From an uncultured Neomegalonema sp. (GTDB lineage Bacteria; Pseudomonadota; Alphaproteobacteria; Rhodobacterales; Rhodobacteraceae): 57,665 nucleotides of DNA. The translations under genes and the position numbers were made by a program. The stretch covers positions 1 through 57,665 of the forward strand of contig CAZXMX010000001.1 in assembly GCA_964641645.1 (NCBI GenBank), given 5' to 3'. The notes beneath the pieces were generated by a model that did not search any database, was not told the DNA's origin, and worked only from the letters and a program-made list of their open reading frames with translations. Positions 1-9,837 of the stretch are shown here, in pieces. How positions within the stretch are numbered: the stretch's first letter is position 1; the number at the start of each line of letters is the position of its first letter.

Positions 1-308
1 CGGTCCAAGTGCGGGCACGCTTCCACATGTACGGTGAGGAGATCAGATCCGGCGGCGGCAAACGGCGCGAGATAAGCATCAGTCGGCTCGATCATGAGGT
101 GAACGTCCATCACCGTTTTTACGTGAGGGCGGATGGCTGCGACCAGCGGTGGACCAAAGGTTAGATTGGGTACGAAGTGACCGTCCATGACATCGACATG
201 GACCCAATCACAGCCCTGCGCCTCAATCGCTTCGCATTCAGCGCCAAAATTCGCGAAATCAGCGCTGAGAATAGATGGAGCAATCTTGATTGAACGGTCG
301 AATGCCAT
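1..308 (-). CDS. rpe: ribulose-phosphate 3-epimerase, N-terminal part (gene runs off the window start)
   Basis: Reverse translation from ATG at 308 gives [54 protein letters not shown]..., the canonical Rpe N-terminus. It is absent from the ORF track because no stop lies in the window. Confidence 0.85.
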   Translation of the reverse strand, partial: MAFDRSIKIAPSILSADFANFGAECEAIEAQGCDWVHVDVMDGHFVPNLTFGPPLVAAIRPHVKTVMDVHLMIEPTDAYLAPFAAAGSDLLTVHVEACPHLD

Positions 309-367
309 GGTTTTCCCCTGAAATATAATCAGGGAGATAAGGCAGGGATCAGCCCAAAATTCAAGTA

Positions 368-904
368 TCAGTCGTCCGTATCAACGGCGGCATAGGTTTC
401 CGCAGCAACGATCGCCAAGCGAAGGCGCGAGGAACTCTCAGCGTAGAGCGGAAAGACCCCGCGATACTGCATGATGAAAGCTCGCTCAACCGAGGGAACC
501 GTGCCCCGCGAAAACATCGGTTTACGCAAGACCGAAGCTGTGATGGCCTCGTGATACCGCGATTCAACGAATTCTTCGTCCAGCGTTTCGCTCATCCAAC
601 CTTCGCGCATGTGATCGGAGGATGGCGCATCCAATTGCTCGCCCTGCGAAAGCACGTAAAAATCGACGATGCCCTCAACTTCTACCGGTTCAACATGGCG
701 AACCCAACGCAACAGTTGCCGAACCCCCGGCTGAGCAAGCAAAACCAGCTCGTCGGGCAGAAGGTGCCCTTTACAGAACTGATCGTACCATCCTGCAAAA
801 GCGGCTACCGGGTGCTTTTCAGGCAAAGCGTCACGCTCAAGCGGTGTCAGACCGTAACTCCGGCTTGAAGATTCGTTCGTATCTTTTCTCAGAACGGCGG
901 ACAT
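368..904 (-). CDS. hypothetical protein, possibly PAS_5/DUF1457-like
   Basis: 188-aa ORF. I prefer the internal ATG at 904, preceded by GAGG with 6-nt spacing, over TTG at 934. The pattern W..G.LP...L..V.HVE...DF.Y.L.G...YRG..PL resembles alphaproteobacterial PAS_5 proteins. The family call is weak. Confidence 0.45.
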   Translation of the reverse strand: MSAVLRKDTNESSSRSYGLTPLERDALPEKHPVAAFAGWYDQFCKGHLLPDELVLLAQPGVRQLLRWVRHVEPVEVEGIVDFYVLSQGEQLDAPSSDHMREGWMSETLDEEFVESRYHEAITASVLRKPMFSRGTVPSVERAFIMQYRGVFPLYAESSSRLRLAIVAAETYAAVDTDD

Positions 905-1150
905 GGGCACCCTCGATGCGGACGTATTGATCAAGAAATTGTATTCGAGACCTGCTAACGGACGTTTAAAACAATTAACCCATTGAATTTACATCGTATA
1001 ATTCGCCCCAATTGCGTGATCCACGGCCCTTAAATCAGCCGTCGAGCAGGCTTTCATTATCCAAATAAATTCAGCGCGTCCTGCGATTTTTCCGATATTA
1101 ACGAATGAAAGCATCGAAACTGCGTGCTGAACGGGGGACATCGGATTTCT

Positions 1151-1618
1151 ATGCCGAGCAAGTCAAAAGCAGACCAGACACCAGCTTTACACCTCGTAAA
1201 GCTGAGCGTCGGTTCCGAAAGCGTCGAGGGCCTTGCTGAATGGCAAGCGCTCCGTAGGGCCGAACGCGAAGTTGCTGGCATCGATCCACGCTCGCGACAC
1301 GTAACGAGAATGACCCCGAAGCGCAGCGCCGAGCTGCTTGCCGGTGGATCCATCTTTTGGGTTATCAAACGAAACATTGTCGCGCGTCAGCGGATCGTCG
1401 CGTTGGAACCCGTAGTCGGCGAAGATGGCATTTCGAGATGTGCGATCATTCTTGACCCAACACTCGTCCGGACCGAACTCCGCCCGAAGCGCCCCTTCCA
1501 AGGCTGGCGATATCTAACATCCGCCGACGCACCCCCCGATTTAACCGACGAAGGCGAAGTGCTCGCCGATATGCCTGGTGCAGTGAGGGAAGCCCTTGCT
1601 TCGTTCGGCGTGCGCTAA
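1151..1618 (+). CDS. DUF1489 family protein
   Basis: LHLVKLSVGSESVEGLAEWQ... and the WRYL motif are typical of alphaproteobacterial DUF1489. ATG at 1151 is in frame with the track ORF 1124..1618. Confidence 0.7.
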   Translation: MPSKSKADQTPALHLVKLSVGSESVEGLAEWQALRRAEREVAGIDPRSRHVTRMTPKRSAELLAGGSIFWVIKRNIVARQRIVALEPVVGEDGISRCAIILDPTLVRTELRPKRPFQGWRYLTSADAPPDLTDEGEVLADMPGAVREALASFGVR

Positions 1619-1706
1619 TGCCCGGCGAAACCGATCTCGCGCGCTTCCGACATGAAATGAAGTACGTTCTTGATTCCCGGCGGTTCAGTTTTCCTGAAGA
1701 CGCAGC

Positions 1707-2963
1707 ATGATCGCGCCGGAAACACTCCTCCGCACCATGTTCGATGCAGCGGTCGCAGCCGCAGACCCGCTCATCTGCGTTCCACCCCATCTGCCTGATC
1801 CGCCAAAGGGCAGACTTGTCGTCGTCGGGGCGGGCAAAGCATCAGCTCGGATGGCTCAAGCCGTCGAAGCGCATTGGAAAGGCGAATTCAGCGGGCTCGT
1901 CCTAACGCGCTATGGTCATGGCGCGCCCTGCGATAGAATAAAAATCATTGAAGCCTCGCATCCAGTCCCCGATGCCGCTGGCGTTGCCGGAACACGCGAA
2001 ATTCTTAATGCTGTTTCTGATCTGACAGAAGACGACCTCGTGCTGGCATTGATTTCAGGCGGTGGGTCAGCATTGCTGACGTCACCAGCTGACGGGATCT
2101 CACTCGACGCCAAACGCGACGTCAATCAAGCGCTCTTGAAATCTGGCGCGGCCATCGGCGAGATGAATACCGTTCGGAAACATCTGAGCGCCGTGAAAGG
2201 TGGCGGGCTTGCAGCGGCCGCTTTCCCAGCCCGTGTCTTGTCACTGATGATTTCCGATGTTCCGGGGGATAATCCAGCCGTCATTGCCTCTGGCCCGACC
2301 GTCGGGACGGACACAACACCTGCAGACGCGTTGGCTCTGCTTGAACAGTATGAAATAGACATCTCACCTGAGGTAAAAGATCACCTTCGGCGCGGAACAC
2401 CGCCTCCCAAACCGACGGACGAAGCGCTATCCCGCGTCGATAATCGCATCATTGCAGCACCACAGTTGTCGCTGGAAGTTGCGGCAGCGGTAGCCCGCGA
2501 AGCGGGGGTAACTCCCGTAATCCTCGGCGACGCGATTGAAGGAGAGTCGCGCGAGGTCGCAAAGGTTCATGCCGGCATTGCAAACCAAATCCTACGGCAT
2601 GGGCAACCCGCACCAGCGCCCTGCGTCATCATTTCTGGTGGAGAGACGACCGTAACGGTTCGCGGAAATGGGCGCGGCGGGCGCAATGTTGAGTTCTGCC
2701 TCGCATTGGCGATTGCCCTCGAAGCCAACGAGCGCGTTTGGGGCATTGCTGGCGACACAGATGGAATTGACGGCGCCGAAGAAATTGCCGGGGCCATGGT
2801 CACGCCCGATCTTCTTGAACGAGCAAAGGCCAAAAATATCGACCCGCGACAATCTCTTTCAAACAACGATGGTCATGCATTTTTTGAGGCGCTTGATGCA
2901 CAAGTCGTTACTGGTCCGACCCTGACGAACGTCAATGACTTCCGCGCTATTCTCGTCGTCTAG
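1707..2963 (+). CDS. glycerate 2-kinase / hydroxypyruvate reductase family protein (DUF4147 + MOFRL, TtuD-like)
   Basis: 418 aa. VVVGAGKASARMAQAVE, LISGGGSALL and GGETTV blocks are typical of type-2 glycerate kinases. Confidence 0.85.
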   Translation: MIAPETLLRTMFDAAVAAADPLICVPPHLPDPPKGRLVVVGAGKASARMAQAVEAHWKGEFSGLVLTRYGHGAPCDRIKIIEASHPVPDAAGVAGTREILNAVSDLTEDDLVLALISGGGSALLTSPADGISLDAKRDVNQALLKSGAAIGEMNTVRKHLSAVKGGGLAAAAFPARVLSLMISDVPGDNPAVIASGPTVGTDTTPADALALLEQYEIDISPEVKDHLRRGTPPPKPTDEALSRVDNRIIAAPQLSLEVAAAVAREAGVTPVILGDAIEGESREVAKVHAGIANQILRHGQPAPAPCVIISGGETTVTVRGNGRGGRNVEFCLALAIALEANERVWGIAGDTDGIDGAEEIAGAMVTPDLLERAKAKNIDPRQSLSNNDGHAFFEALDAQVVTGPTLTNVNDFRAILVV

Positions 2964-2967
2964 AACG

Positions 2968-3492
2968 CTACACCACCTCAACCATCCCCTTGCGAAACCG
3001 CTCCGCGTTGTGGACATAATGTTCGGCTGTCGCTTTGAGCGCAGCAATCTGGCCGTCCGCCAGCTCACGAACAACCTTGGCCGGCGCGCCGAGTGCCATT
3101 TGACCGTCTGGAACTTCTTTACCCTCCGGCAGCAAAGCATTCGCACCAATAAGCGATCCCTTGCCAATTCGCGCGCCGTTCAAGACGGTTGCGCCCATCC
3201 CAATCAACGATCCGGCCCCGACGAAGCAGCCATGGATAATCGCGGCATGGCCGAGCGTCACATCTTCCTGCAGCGTAAGCGGAAAGCCGGGATCGGAATG
3301 CAAAACACATCCGTCTTGAACATTGCAGCGCGGTCCAATCGTGACCGGTTCATTGTCCCCTCGAATGACCGCATTAAACCAAACGTTCGCACCCTCCCCG
3401 AGGATCACATTTCCAACGACCACCGCTCCCGGCGCGACCCACGCGGTCGGGTGAATCTGTGGCGCAATGCCATCAAGAGAAAAAATGGGCAT
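2968..3492 (-). CDS. gamma carbonic anhydrase family protein (hexapeptide-repeat, YrdA/PaaY-like)
   Basis: 174 aa. MPIFSLDG..P.IHPTAWVAPGAVVVGNV.LGEGANVWFNAVIRGD is the classic gamma-CA left-handed beta-helix sequence. Confidence 0.85.
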   Translation of the reverse strand: MPIFSLDGIAPQIHPTAWVAPGAVVVGNVILGEGANVWFNAVIRGDNEPVTIGPRCNVQDGCVLHSDPGFPLTLQEDVTLGHAAIIHGCFVGAGSLIGMGATVLNGARIGKGSLIGANALLPEGKEVPDGQMALGAPAKVVRELADGQIAALKATAEHYVHNAERFRKGMVEVV

Positions 3493-3609
3493 ATCTTCAA
3501 CCTAACTAAACAGAAAACTTCGTTCGAAGGATGGTATCATATCGCTGGACACTGGTAGAACAAACATACACCGCCGCAAACAAAAGCAAATTTCGCGGAA
3601 GGACGATTA

Positions 3610-4059
3610 ATGAACGCGCATCAAGAAGTCATCGGCTCTTGCCTCTGTGGTGGCGTCAAATTTCGCGGCACGCCCTCAGACAGAGGGACGGGCGTCTGTC
3701 ACTGCAAAATGTGCCGAATACAATCTTCCGGACCTTTCTTTGCGGTCCGGATGGAGAGCGGTGTAACCCTGACGGAAGACAGCAATCTCAAGTGGTATGA
3801 CGCATCAGACATTGGCGAACGTGGATTTTGCCGCGAATGTGGGAGCACGATGTTCTGGCGCTCCAAGGATGCTGCCCCCGGAGAATGGGCTGTCAGCGCA
3901 GGCACCCTGCCCGACGATTCCGTCGCGCCGATCTTCGAGCATATTTGGAATGATGATAAGCCGCCCTATTATGAGTTTGCAGACACCACGCCGAGGAAAA
4001 CAGCCGCGGAGTGCCTCGCAGGAGCACCGGCTCCCAAGCCCCACGGAGAAACGACGTGA
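3610..4059 (+). CDS. GFA family protein (glutathione-dependent formaldehyde-activating enzyme-like / CENP-V fold)
   Basis: The CLCGGV...CHCKMC...CRECGS cysteine pattern is present. GGAAGGA precedes the ATG. Confidence 0.8.
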   Translation: MNAHQEVIGSCLCGGVKFRGTPSDRGTGVCHCKMCRIQSSGPFFAVRMESGVTLTEDSNLKWYDASDIGERGFCRECGSTMFWRSKDAAPGEWAVSAGTLPDDSVAPIFEHIWNDDKPPYYEFADTTPRKTAAECLAGAPAPKPHGETT

Positions 4060-4427
4060 GAATTTCTAAAAGTTTCAAAAATCCAACTGGTCAGACATTC
4101 GTTGTTGGCTTGGTTGTGGTTGGCTTGATTTCGGGCATCGCCGTCAGCCTCCCGACCAAATCGCTGGCCTTCGAACCGGGGCAACGCTGGTCCTGTGTCA
4201 CGGATCAAGGAGAACAAGCATTCTTGGCGGTGCTTGATGTCGAAGGCGAAGCGGTATCGTTCTCATGGGGCGTTATGAACGAAGAGGACAACTCCCTCAC
4301 GAGTCTCTGCAACAAACGAGACGAGCTGTCCGTTCAAGAGATGGGCGAGTTCTGTAAACTGCTCGGAACGGGGTTTTCAGCAGGCCATGTCAAGCTCGAC
4401 GAGGCTTGCGAGGCAAAGGCGCAATAG
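4056..4427 (+). CDS. hypothetical small membrane-anchored/secreted protein
   Basis: In-frame GTG at 4056 overlaps the GFA stop (GTGA). The N-terminal hydrophobic segment is FVVGLVVVGLISGIAVSL. I recognise no family. Confidence 0.4.
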   Translation: MRISKSFKNPTGQTFVVGLVVVGLISGIAVSLPTKSLAFEPGQRWSCVTDQGEQAFLAVLDVEGEAVSFSWGVMNEEDNSLTSLCNKRDELSVQEMGEFCKLLGTGFSAGHVKLDEACEAKAQ

Positions 4428-4440
4428 CGGAAGGCCGCGA

Positions 4441-5493
4441 TCAAGTGTCAGGGGTGACATCATCCCATTCTTGGCCAAGATAACCAATCAGCCAATTCAG
4501 TGCGCGATGGCGCTCTAATGCAACGCCGGGGTCGAGACCCGCTGGTGGCTCTCGATCGTTTACCCGAGCATCCACCAATGCCCAGCGATACCGATAGATC
4601 AAATCGGCCTCGTCGAGGAGATCATCCATCGGGCGAAGCGTTGTCTTCTCAATCATCGTCTCAATATTCTCGCCCCGAACGATCGCACCGATTGATCGAA
4701 CATCAACTATTTCACGCGGCGGACTCAGCTCTTCAACAGCAGACAAAGCCCAAAGCATCGTCCAAGCGGCTTCGTATCGCCACGCAAACTGAACCCGGTC
4801 GATTGTCGTTGGGTTCTCATTTTCGATGAATGAGGCTTCTTCGGGTGTCAAAAAGCTTCGAACGCCAAAATCATCAATGAGCGCTTCAACGACCTCTTGA
4901 TCCAACCCTTCCCCTTTTACGGCTGTCGCGAGGATCGCCAAGGTTCGCCCTACAACTTGTCGATGGGTTCGCCCGGTGGTTTGCCCCACATCAACGATCA
5001 CTGGAAGTTTTAGGTTTAAAGGAACGCCGTCCGTCCGAAGGGTTTCTTCTGATCGCGCTTTCCGAGTTTTTGCCGCCTCGGTTGCTGCCGCCCCAATCTT
5101 CCCAATTCGCACCTTCCTCGTTTGGGCCTCGCGCGTTTTTGGGCCGGGCGTGGCAATCGGAGCAAGCGATGGCACGATCCCGAGGGATTCAACGGGAACA
5201 GTCGCAGTCGTTGCTCTCACTCGCGTCTTACCCGCCGTATCGGCGTTTGTTGAGCCGTCTTCATCCGAAGTGCTTGGCAACTCCTCCGTCAGCTCAGGCT
5301 TCTCAGCTTCATTGGCCGTCGTATCGTCTACCTCCCGAGAGACACCATCACTATCAAGCCCGTTACTATCAGCTCCTCGTTGAGTTTCTGGGGTCTCATT
5401 TCGGTCCGTGAGACCTTTTTCGGCCTGATCTTTCGCCATCGCGAGCGGCGAAAAGACAAGTGCCAGTGCCAGAATTGCCCCAAAAAACCTCAT
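4441..5493 (-). CDS. secreted protein with acidic low-complexity region and C-terminal DUF4272-like domain
   Basis: Signal peptide MRFFGAILALALVFSPLAMA. The C-terminal FAWRYEAAWTMLWAL...YRYRWALVDARV...ERHRALNWL...WDDVTPDT pattern matches my recollection of DUF4272. Confidence 0.6.
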   Translation of the reverse strand: MRFFGAILALALVFSPLAMAKDQAEKGLTDRNETPETQRGADSNGLDSDGVSREVDDTTANEAEKPELTEELPSTSDEDGSTNADTAGKTRVRATTATVPVESLGIVPSLAPIATPGPKTREAQTRKVRIGKIGAAATEAAKTRKARSEETLRTDGVPLNLKLPVIVDVGQTTGRTHRQVVGRTLAILATAVKGEGLDQEVVEALIDDFGVRSFLTPEEASFIENENPTTIDRVQFAWRYEAAWTMLWALSAVEELSPPREIVDVRSIGAIVRGENIETMIEKTTLRPMDDLLDEADLIYRYRWALVDARVNDREPPAGLDPGVALERHRALNWLIGYLGQEWDDVTPDT

Positions 5494-5588
5494 AATGGAG
5501 AAACTACCCGGTTATGCACGGATGGCAATGCTTGACGCAGCCAACAATTTCGCGTTCCGGTACCCGGCGCAGATTGAGAAGGCAGATC

Positions 5589-7964
5589 ATGAAAAGTACC
5601 ACAAGAGCCGTTGTCATTGGTGGCGGAATCGCCGGGTGTTCGGCACTCTACCATTTGACCCAAGAAGGCTGGACAGACGTCGTGCTGATTGAGCGCGACG
5701 AGTTGACCAGCGGCACGACTTGGCATTCTGCGGCTCAGGTTACGAACTTCGGTGCCATTCAGGTGATGGTGGGCCTTAAAAGCCATTCGATCCGCCTCTA
5801 TCGTGAGTTAGCCGATGATCCAGAATACCCAATCAACTACAATCACGGGAATGGTGGCCTACGACTTGCGTCGGAAGAATGGCATCTCGATGGCTATCGA
5901 CACTTTCAATCCATGGCGAAGGGTATGGGGGTCGATTACGAGGTCCTCGATCCAGCAGAATGTGGCCGACGACACCCTCTGATCTCCACAGAAGGACTCG
6001 CAGGCGCGCTTTGGGACCCGCATGACGGCGATATCGACCCTGCACAACTCTGCCAAGCGCTCGCCAGGCGCGCTCGAAAGGCGGGTGCAGAGGTTTACCG
6101 CCATACGCCCGTAACAGGGCTATCTCAGCGAGAAGACGATAGTTGGACCGTGCATACCGCTAAAGGCGATATCGACTGTGAAGTCGTGATCAATGCCGGT
6201 GGATACCGCTGCAACGAAGTGGGAGCGATGATGGGTGTCACCCACCCCGTCGTCTCGATGGAGCACCAGTATTTCGTCACTGAAGAAATTCCAGCTTTGG
6301 CCGCCTTAGATCATCGCGTTCCACTTCTTCGGTGTCCCACCGATGACTTTTACTCCCGCCAAGACAAAAAAGGGCTCTTGCTGGGCTTCTACGAACAAGA
6401 TTGCAAAACATGGGGCACAAAGGGGATCGACCCAGACTTCGCCAACGCCCTTTGCCCGGATGATCTCGACCGGATTATGCCTGTCTTAGAAAACGTCTTC
6501 GAGCGCGTTCCGGCCGCCGCTGAAGTCGGCATCCACACCATCGTCAACGGACCCATCACTTACACACCCGACGGCGCGCCGCTCGTTGGAAAGATCCCGG
6601 GCAAGCGCAACGCCTATTGCATCACGGGCCTAAGGGCCGGCGTCGGAGAAGGCGGCGGTCATGGTTGGCTTTTGGCTCAAATGGTTGTCCACGGCGAGGC
6701 CGAATACGATACATGGGCGCTCGACCCCCGCCGGTTTGGGACCTGGGCCGATCAAGGTTACACGGCGGCAAAAACGATCGAAGACTATCAAAACGAATTC
6801 CGCTTTCACAAACCTCACGAACAACGTCCTGCTGGCCGAAACCTTCGCATGACGCCCTTGCATGATACTCTGAAAGCTGAAGGCGCGCGATTTGGCGTTG
6901 TGAATGGATGGGAACGTGCGCTGTGTTTTGCACCAGATGGGTTTACCGAAGAGCCAGGATTTGGCTTTACCAATGCCCACAGTATTGTTGCCGCCGAAGT
7001 AGAGAATATTCAGAGCGGCGTCGGCGTCGGCGAAGTGAACGGGTTCAACCGTTATGAAATCACCGGCGAGGGCGCTCTCGATTGGCTCGATCAAATCGTG
7101 TGCTCGCGTGTCCCACGCAAACCCGGCAAGGTCTCTCTTGCCTATGCGTTGAACTACCAAGGCGGCATCAAAACCGAGGCGACGCTCGCTCACCTAGCGG
7201 ACGGTCGCATTTGGTGGGGCTCGGCGGCAGCGGCGGAATTACATGACCTAGATTGGCTGCATGAACTCTCGCCACCAAGCGGGGTCAAAATCACGCCACT
7301 CACCGAAAGCCATACGATCCTCGTCATCGCAGGGCCAAAGTCGGGCGACGTTCTGGCGTCCGCACTTCCGGATGCCGATTGGACTTTCCGTTGGTTGAGC
7401 GCGATGCAACTTTCGAACGGAATCGTCGCGATGGCTGTCAGCTTCTCCGGCGAAGTCGCGTGGGAACTGCACATCCCGAACGACCTACTGACTGAAACGT
7501 ATCAAGCGATCCGTACAGCGGGCGCAAAACCATTCGGCCTCTACGCCACGGAATCGATGCGTCTCGAAAAAGGGTATCGCCATTGGAAGGCTGATCTCAT
7601 CACCGAATTTAACCCCGTCGAAAGCGGGCTGGCGCGATTTATTGCGAAAAAAGAATACATCGGAAAGGCCGCTGTTGAAGCGCAGCCCATCCGCAGGAAG
7701 TTCGTGTCATTCATTGTCGACACAGATCGTCATCCCGCGCATGCTGGCGACTCGATCATGGCCAATGGTGAAGTGGTCGGCACCATCACATCAGCAGGCT
7801 GGGGACACCGGACCGGTAAGAACATCGCAATGGGTTTTGTCGATCCGGCCCATTCAAGCATTGGAACGGACCTCGCTATCTGGACCAGCCACGGGAACCT
7901 AGCCGCAACCGTTTGCGAACCCTGCCTCTACGACCCTGACAACACGCTCGTTCGCCAACCGTGA
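5589..7964 (+). CDS. FAD-dependent oxidoreductase fused to GcvT-like aminomethyltransferase domain (dimethylglycine/sarcosine dehydrogenase family)
   Basis: ATG 5589 is preceded by GAGAAGG. The VVIGGGIAGCS dinucleotide fold is followed by C-terminal folate-binding GcvT-like blocks. The product is about 790 aa, typical of this family. Confidence 0.85.
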   Translation: MKSTTRAVVIGGGIAGCSALYHLTQEGWTDVVLIERDELTSGTTWHSAAQVTNFGAIQVMVGLKSHSIRLYRELADDPEYPINYNHGNGGLRLASEEWHLDGYRHFQSMAKGMGVDYEVLDPAECGRRHPLISTEGLAGALWDPHDGDIDPAQLCQALARRARKAGAEVYRHTPVTGLSQREDDSWTVHTAKGDIDCEVVINAGGYRCNEVGAMMGVTHPVVSMEHQYFVTEEIPALAALDHRVPLLRCPTDDFYSRQDKKGLLLGFYEQDCKTWGTKGIDPDFANALCPDDLDRIMPVLENVFERVPAAAEVGIHTIVNGPITYTPDGAPLVGKIPGKRNAYCITGLRAGVGEGGGHGWLLAQMVVHGEAEYDTWALDPRRFGTWADQGYTAAKTIEDYQNEFRFHKPHEQRPAGRNLRMTPLHDTLKAEGARFGVVNGWERALCFAPDGFTEEPGFGFTNAHSIVAAEVENIQSGVGVGEVNGFNRYEITGEGALDWLDQIVCSRVPRKPGKVSLAYALNYQGGIKTEATLAHLADGRIWWGSAAAAELHDLDWLHELSPPSGVKITPLTESHTILVIAGPKSGDVLASALPDADWTFRWLSAMQLSNGIVAMAVSFSGEVAWELHIPNDLLTETYQAIRTAGAKPFGLYATESMRLEKGYRHWKADLITEFNPVESGLARFIAKKEYIGKAAVEAQPIRRKFVSFIVDTDRHPAHAGDSIMANGEVVGTITSAGWGHRTGKNIAMGFVDPAHSSIGTDLAIWTSHGNLAATVCEPCLYDPDNTLVRQP

Positions 7965-8022
7965 GCGAAACGGATCGATGTAAAACCGATCGGATCGGAC
8001 AAAGAACTGCGAAACGCGCATC

Positions 8023-8934
8023 GTGCTAGCGATTGCACTCATACTCGATGCCGTTTTCGGAGAACCCGATTGGCTTTGGCGGCGACTCTCTCACCCTGCG
8101 GTTCTGATGGGGCGGGCGGTGACTTGGGTTGAGGAAATCGGCAACTCTGGCGACAAACTTTACCTCAAGGGAATAGGCGCAATCCTCGCTCTGATTGCGC
8201 TGGCCCTGATCATCTCGGTTCCACTCTCATGGTCCGGATTCTATGGGGTGTTTGAGATCATTGGGGCGGCCATCCTTTTGGCACAGCGCAGTCTTTCTCA
8301 ACACGTCAACGACGTCGCATCGGGCTTGAATATTTCCCTCGAAGAAGCCCGCAAGCGCGTGGCGATGATCGTGGGGCGTGACCCCGAAACATTAGATGAC
8401 AGCGGCGTCGCCCGAGCTGCGATTGAAAGCGCTGCGGAGAATTGGTCAGACGGTGTCATCGCACCCGCCTTTTGGTTTTTGATCGCAGGCCTTCCCGGAA
8501 TCACCGTTTACAAGATGGTCAACACGGCAGACTCGATGATTGGCCATCGCTCACCGCGATATGCCCAATTCGGATGGGCCTCTGCACGATTGGATGATGT
8601 TCTCAATTGGATTCCAGCGCGACTCAGCGGCCTCCTCATCTGTCTGATTGGAGGTCGACGTCCAGCGCTTAAGATCATGTGGCGCGATGCGCGAAAACAC
8701 AAATCCCCCAATGCTGGTTGGCCAGAAAGCGCTCTCGCTGCAACCCTTCGCATCGCTGTGGCAGGACCAAGGGTCTATAATGGTGTGACGACAGACGACC
8801 CCTTCCTCAATGCAGAAGGGAGACGAAAACTCGACGCCGTTGACGTTAGTGACGCCATGACAACCTTGTGGATGGCTTGGAGCGTCTTACTGGTGATCGC
8901 AATTATCTACGGCGTGTTGGCCTACGCCTTCTGA
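8023..8934 (+). CDS. cobD: adenosylcobinamide-phosphate synthase CobD/CbiB
   Basis: GTG start. LDAVFGEP..L.HP....G and NTADSMIGH motifs are characteristic of CobD/CbiB membrane proteins. Confidence 0.85.
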   Translation: MLAIALILDAVFGEPDWLWRRLSHPAVLMGRAVTWVEEIGNSGDKLYLKGIGAILALIALALIISVPLSWSGFYGVFEIIGAAILLAQRSLSQHVNDVASGLNISLEEARKRVAMIVGRDPETLDDSGVARAAIESAAENWSDGVIAPAFWFLIAGLPGITVYKMVNTADSMIGHRSPRYAQFGWASARLDDVLNWIPARLSGLLICLIGGRRPALKIMWRDARKHKSPNAGWPESALAATLRIAVAGPRVYNGVTTDDPFLNAEGRRKLDAVDVSDAMTTLWMAWSVLLVIAIIYGVLAYAF

Positions 8935-9806
8935 GCTTGCTCGTACTGGGTTTGTCGTTGGGCAAATCGAATTCGATCTTTGTCCGAGTACTCGTCAATG
9001 CAAGACGGACAACTCACGCCCACTCGATAATCGGGTGACATCTCTGCTTCCGGGGAAACGGGCCGTCCACACGCACCGCAGGCCGAATGCTCGCCCTGCC
9101 CGAGACCATGCGTAACGGATACGCGCTTGTCGAAAACATAGCATTCGCCGTTCCAACGACTTTCGTTTTCGGGCACCGTCTCAAGATATTTGAGAATACC
9201 ACCTTTCAGGTGATGAACATCCTCGACGCCTTGATCGATCAACCAACTCGTCGCTTTTTCACAACGTATTCCGCCCGTACAAAACATTGCGACCTTCTTT
9301 CCTTCAAAGGTCTCCGCGTTTTCGCGCCACCAATCAGGAAACTCTCTGAAGGTTTCCGTTCTCGGATCAATCGCTTGCTCGAAACTTCCGATCATCGTTT
9401 CGTAAGTGTTGCGTGTGTCGATCACCACAACGTCTTCGCGTTCGATCAAGGCATTCCAGTCTTCGGGTTCAACGTAAGTCCCAACCCTTGCGCGAGGATT
9501 AGTGTTGGGTTCGCCCATCGTAACGATCTCAGCTTTCAACCGGACTTTCATCCGACGGAAAGGGCTCTCTTCTGCCTCGGACCTTTTCCAGTCCAGATCG
9601 GCGCAATCCGGCAAGGTCCGTAAATAAGAAAGCACGGTCTGGATCGCCGCCTCGCCCCCCGCGATGGTTCCATTCACGCCTTCAGTTGCCAATAGCAAGG
9701 TACCGCGAACCCCTTCCCGCTCGCAAAGCGACAGCAAAGGGGCACGCAACACTTCCGGGTCATCGAAGCGGGCAAAATGATAGAGAGCTGCAACCGTGAA
9801 AGTCAT
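8922..9806 (-). CDS. trhO: rhodanese-related sulfurtransferase, tRNA uridine(34) hydroxylase TrhO (UPF0176/YceA)
   Basis: AALYHFARFDDPE...GTLLLATEGVNGTIAG and the rhodanese active-site loop CTGGIRCEKA are present. Confidence 0.85.
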   Translation of the reverse strand: MTFTVAALYHFARFDDPEVLRAPLLSLCEREGVRGTLLLATEGVNGTIAGGEAAIQTVLSYLRTLPDCADLDWKRSEAEESPFRRMKVRLKAEIVTMGEPNTNPRARVGTYVEPEDWNALIEREDVVVIDTRNTYETMIGSFEQAIDPRTETFREFPDWWRENAETFEGKKVAMFCTGGIRCEKATSWLIDQGVEDVHHLKGGILKYLETVPENESRWNGECYVFDKRVSVTHGLGQGEHSACGACGRPVSPEAEMSPDYRVGVSCPSCIDEYSDKDRIRFAQRQTQYEQAQKA

Positions 9807-9837
9807 TTGCGCTCTTTACGCGGCCCAGTGCAAAGGC

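Noticed and set aside
5514-5588. N-terminal 25-aa extension of the dimethylglycine-dehydrogenase-like ORF
   Set aside because: ATG 5589 has a good SD (GAGAAGG) and places the GxGxxG fold at the usual distance from the N-terminus. The extension is R-rich and overlaps the divergent promoter region.
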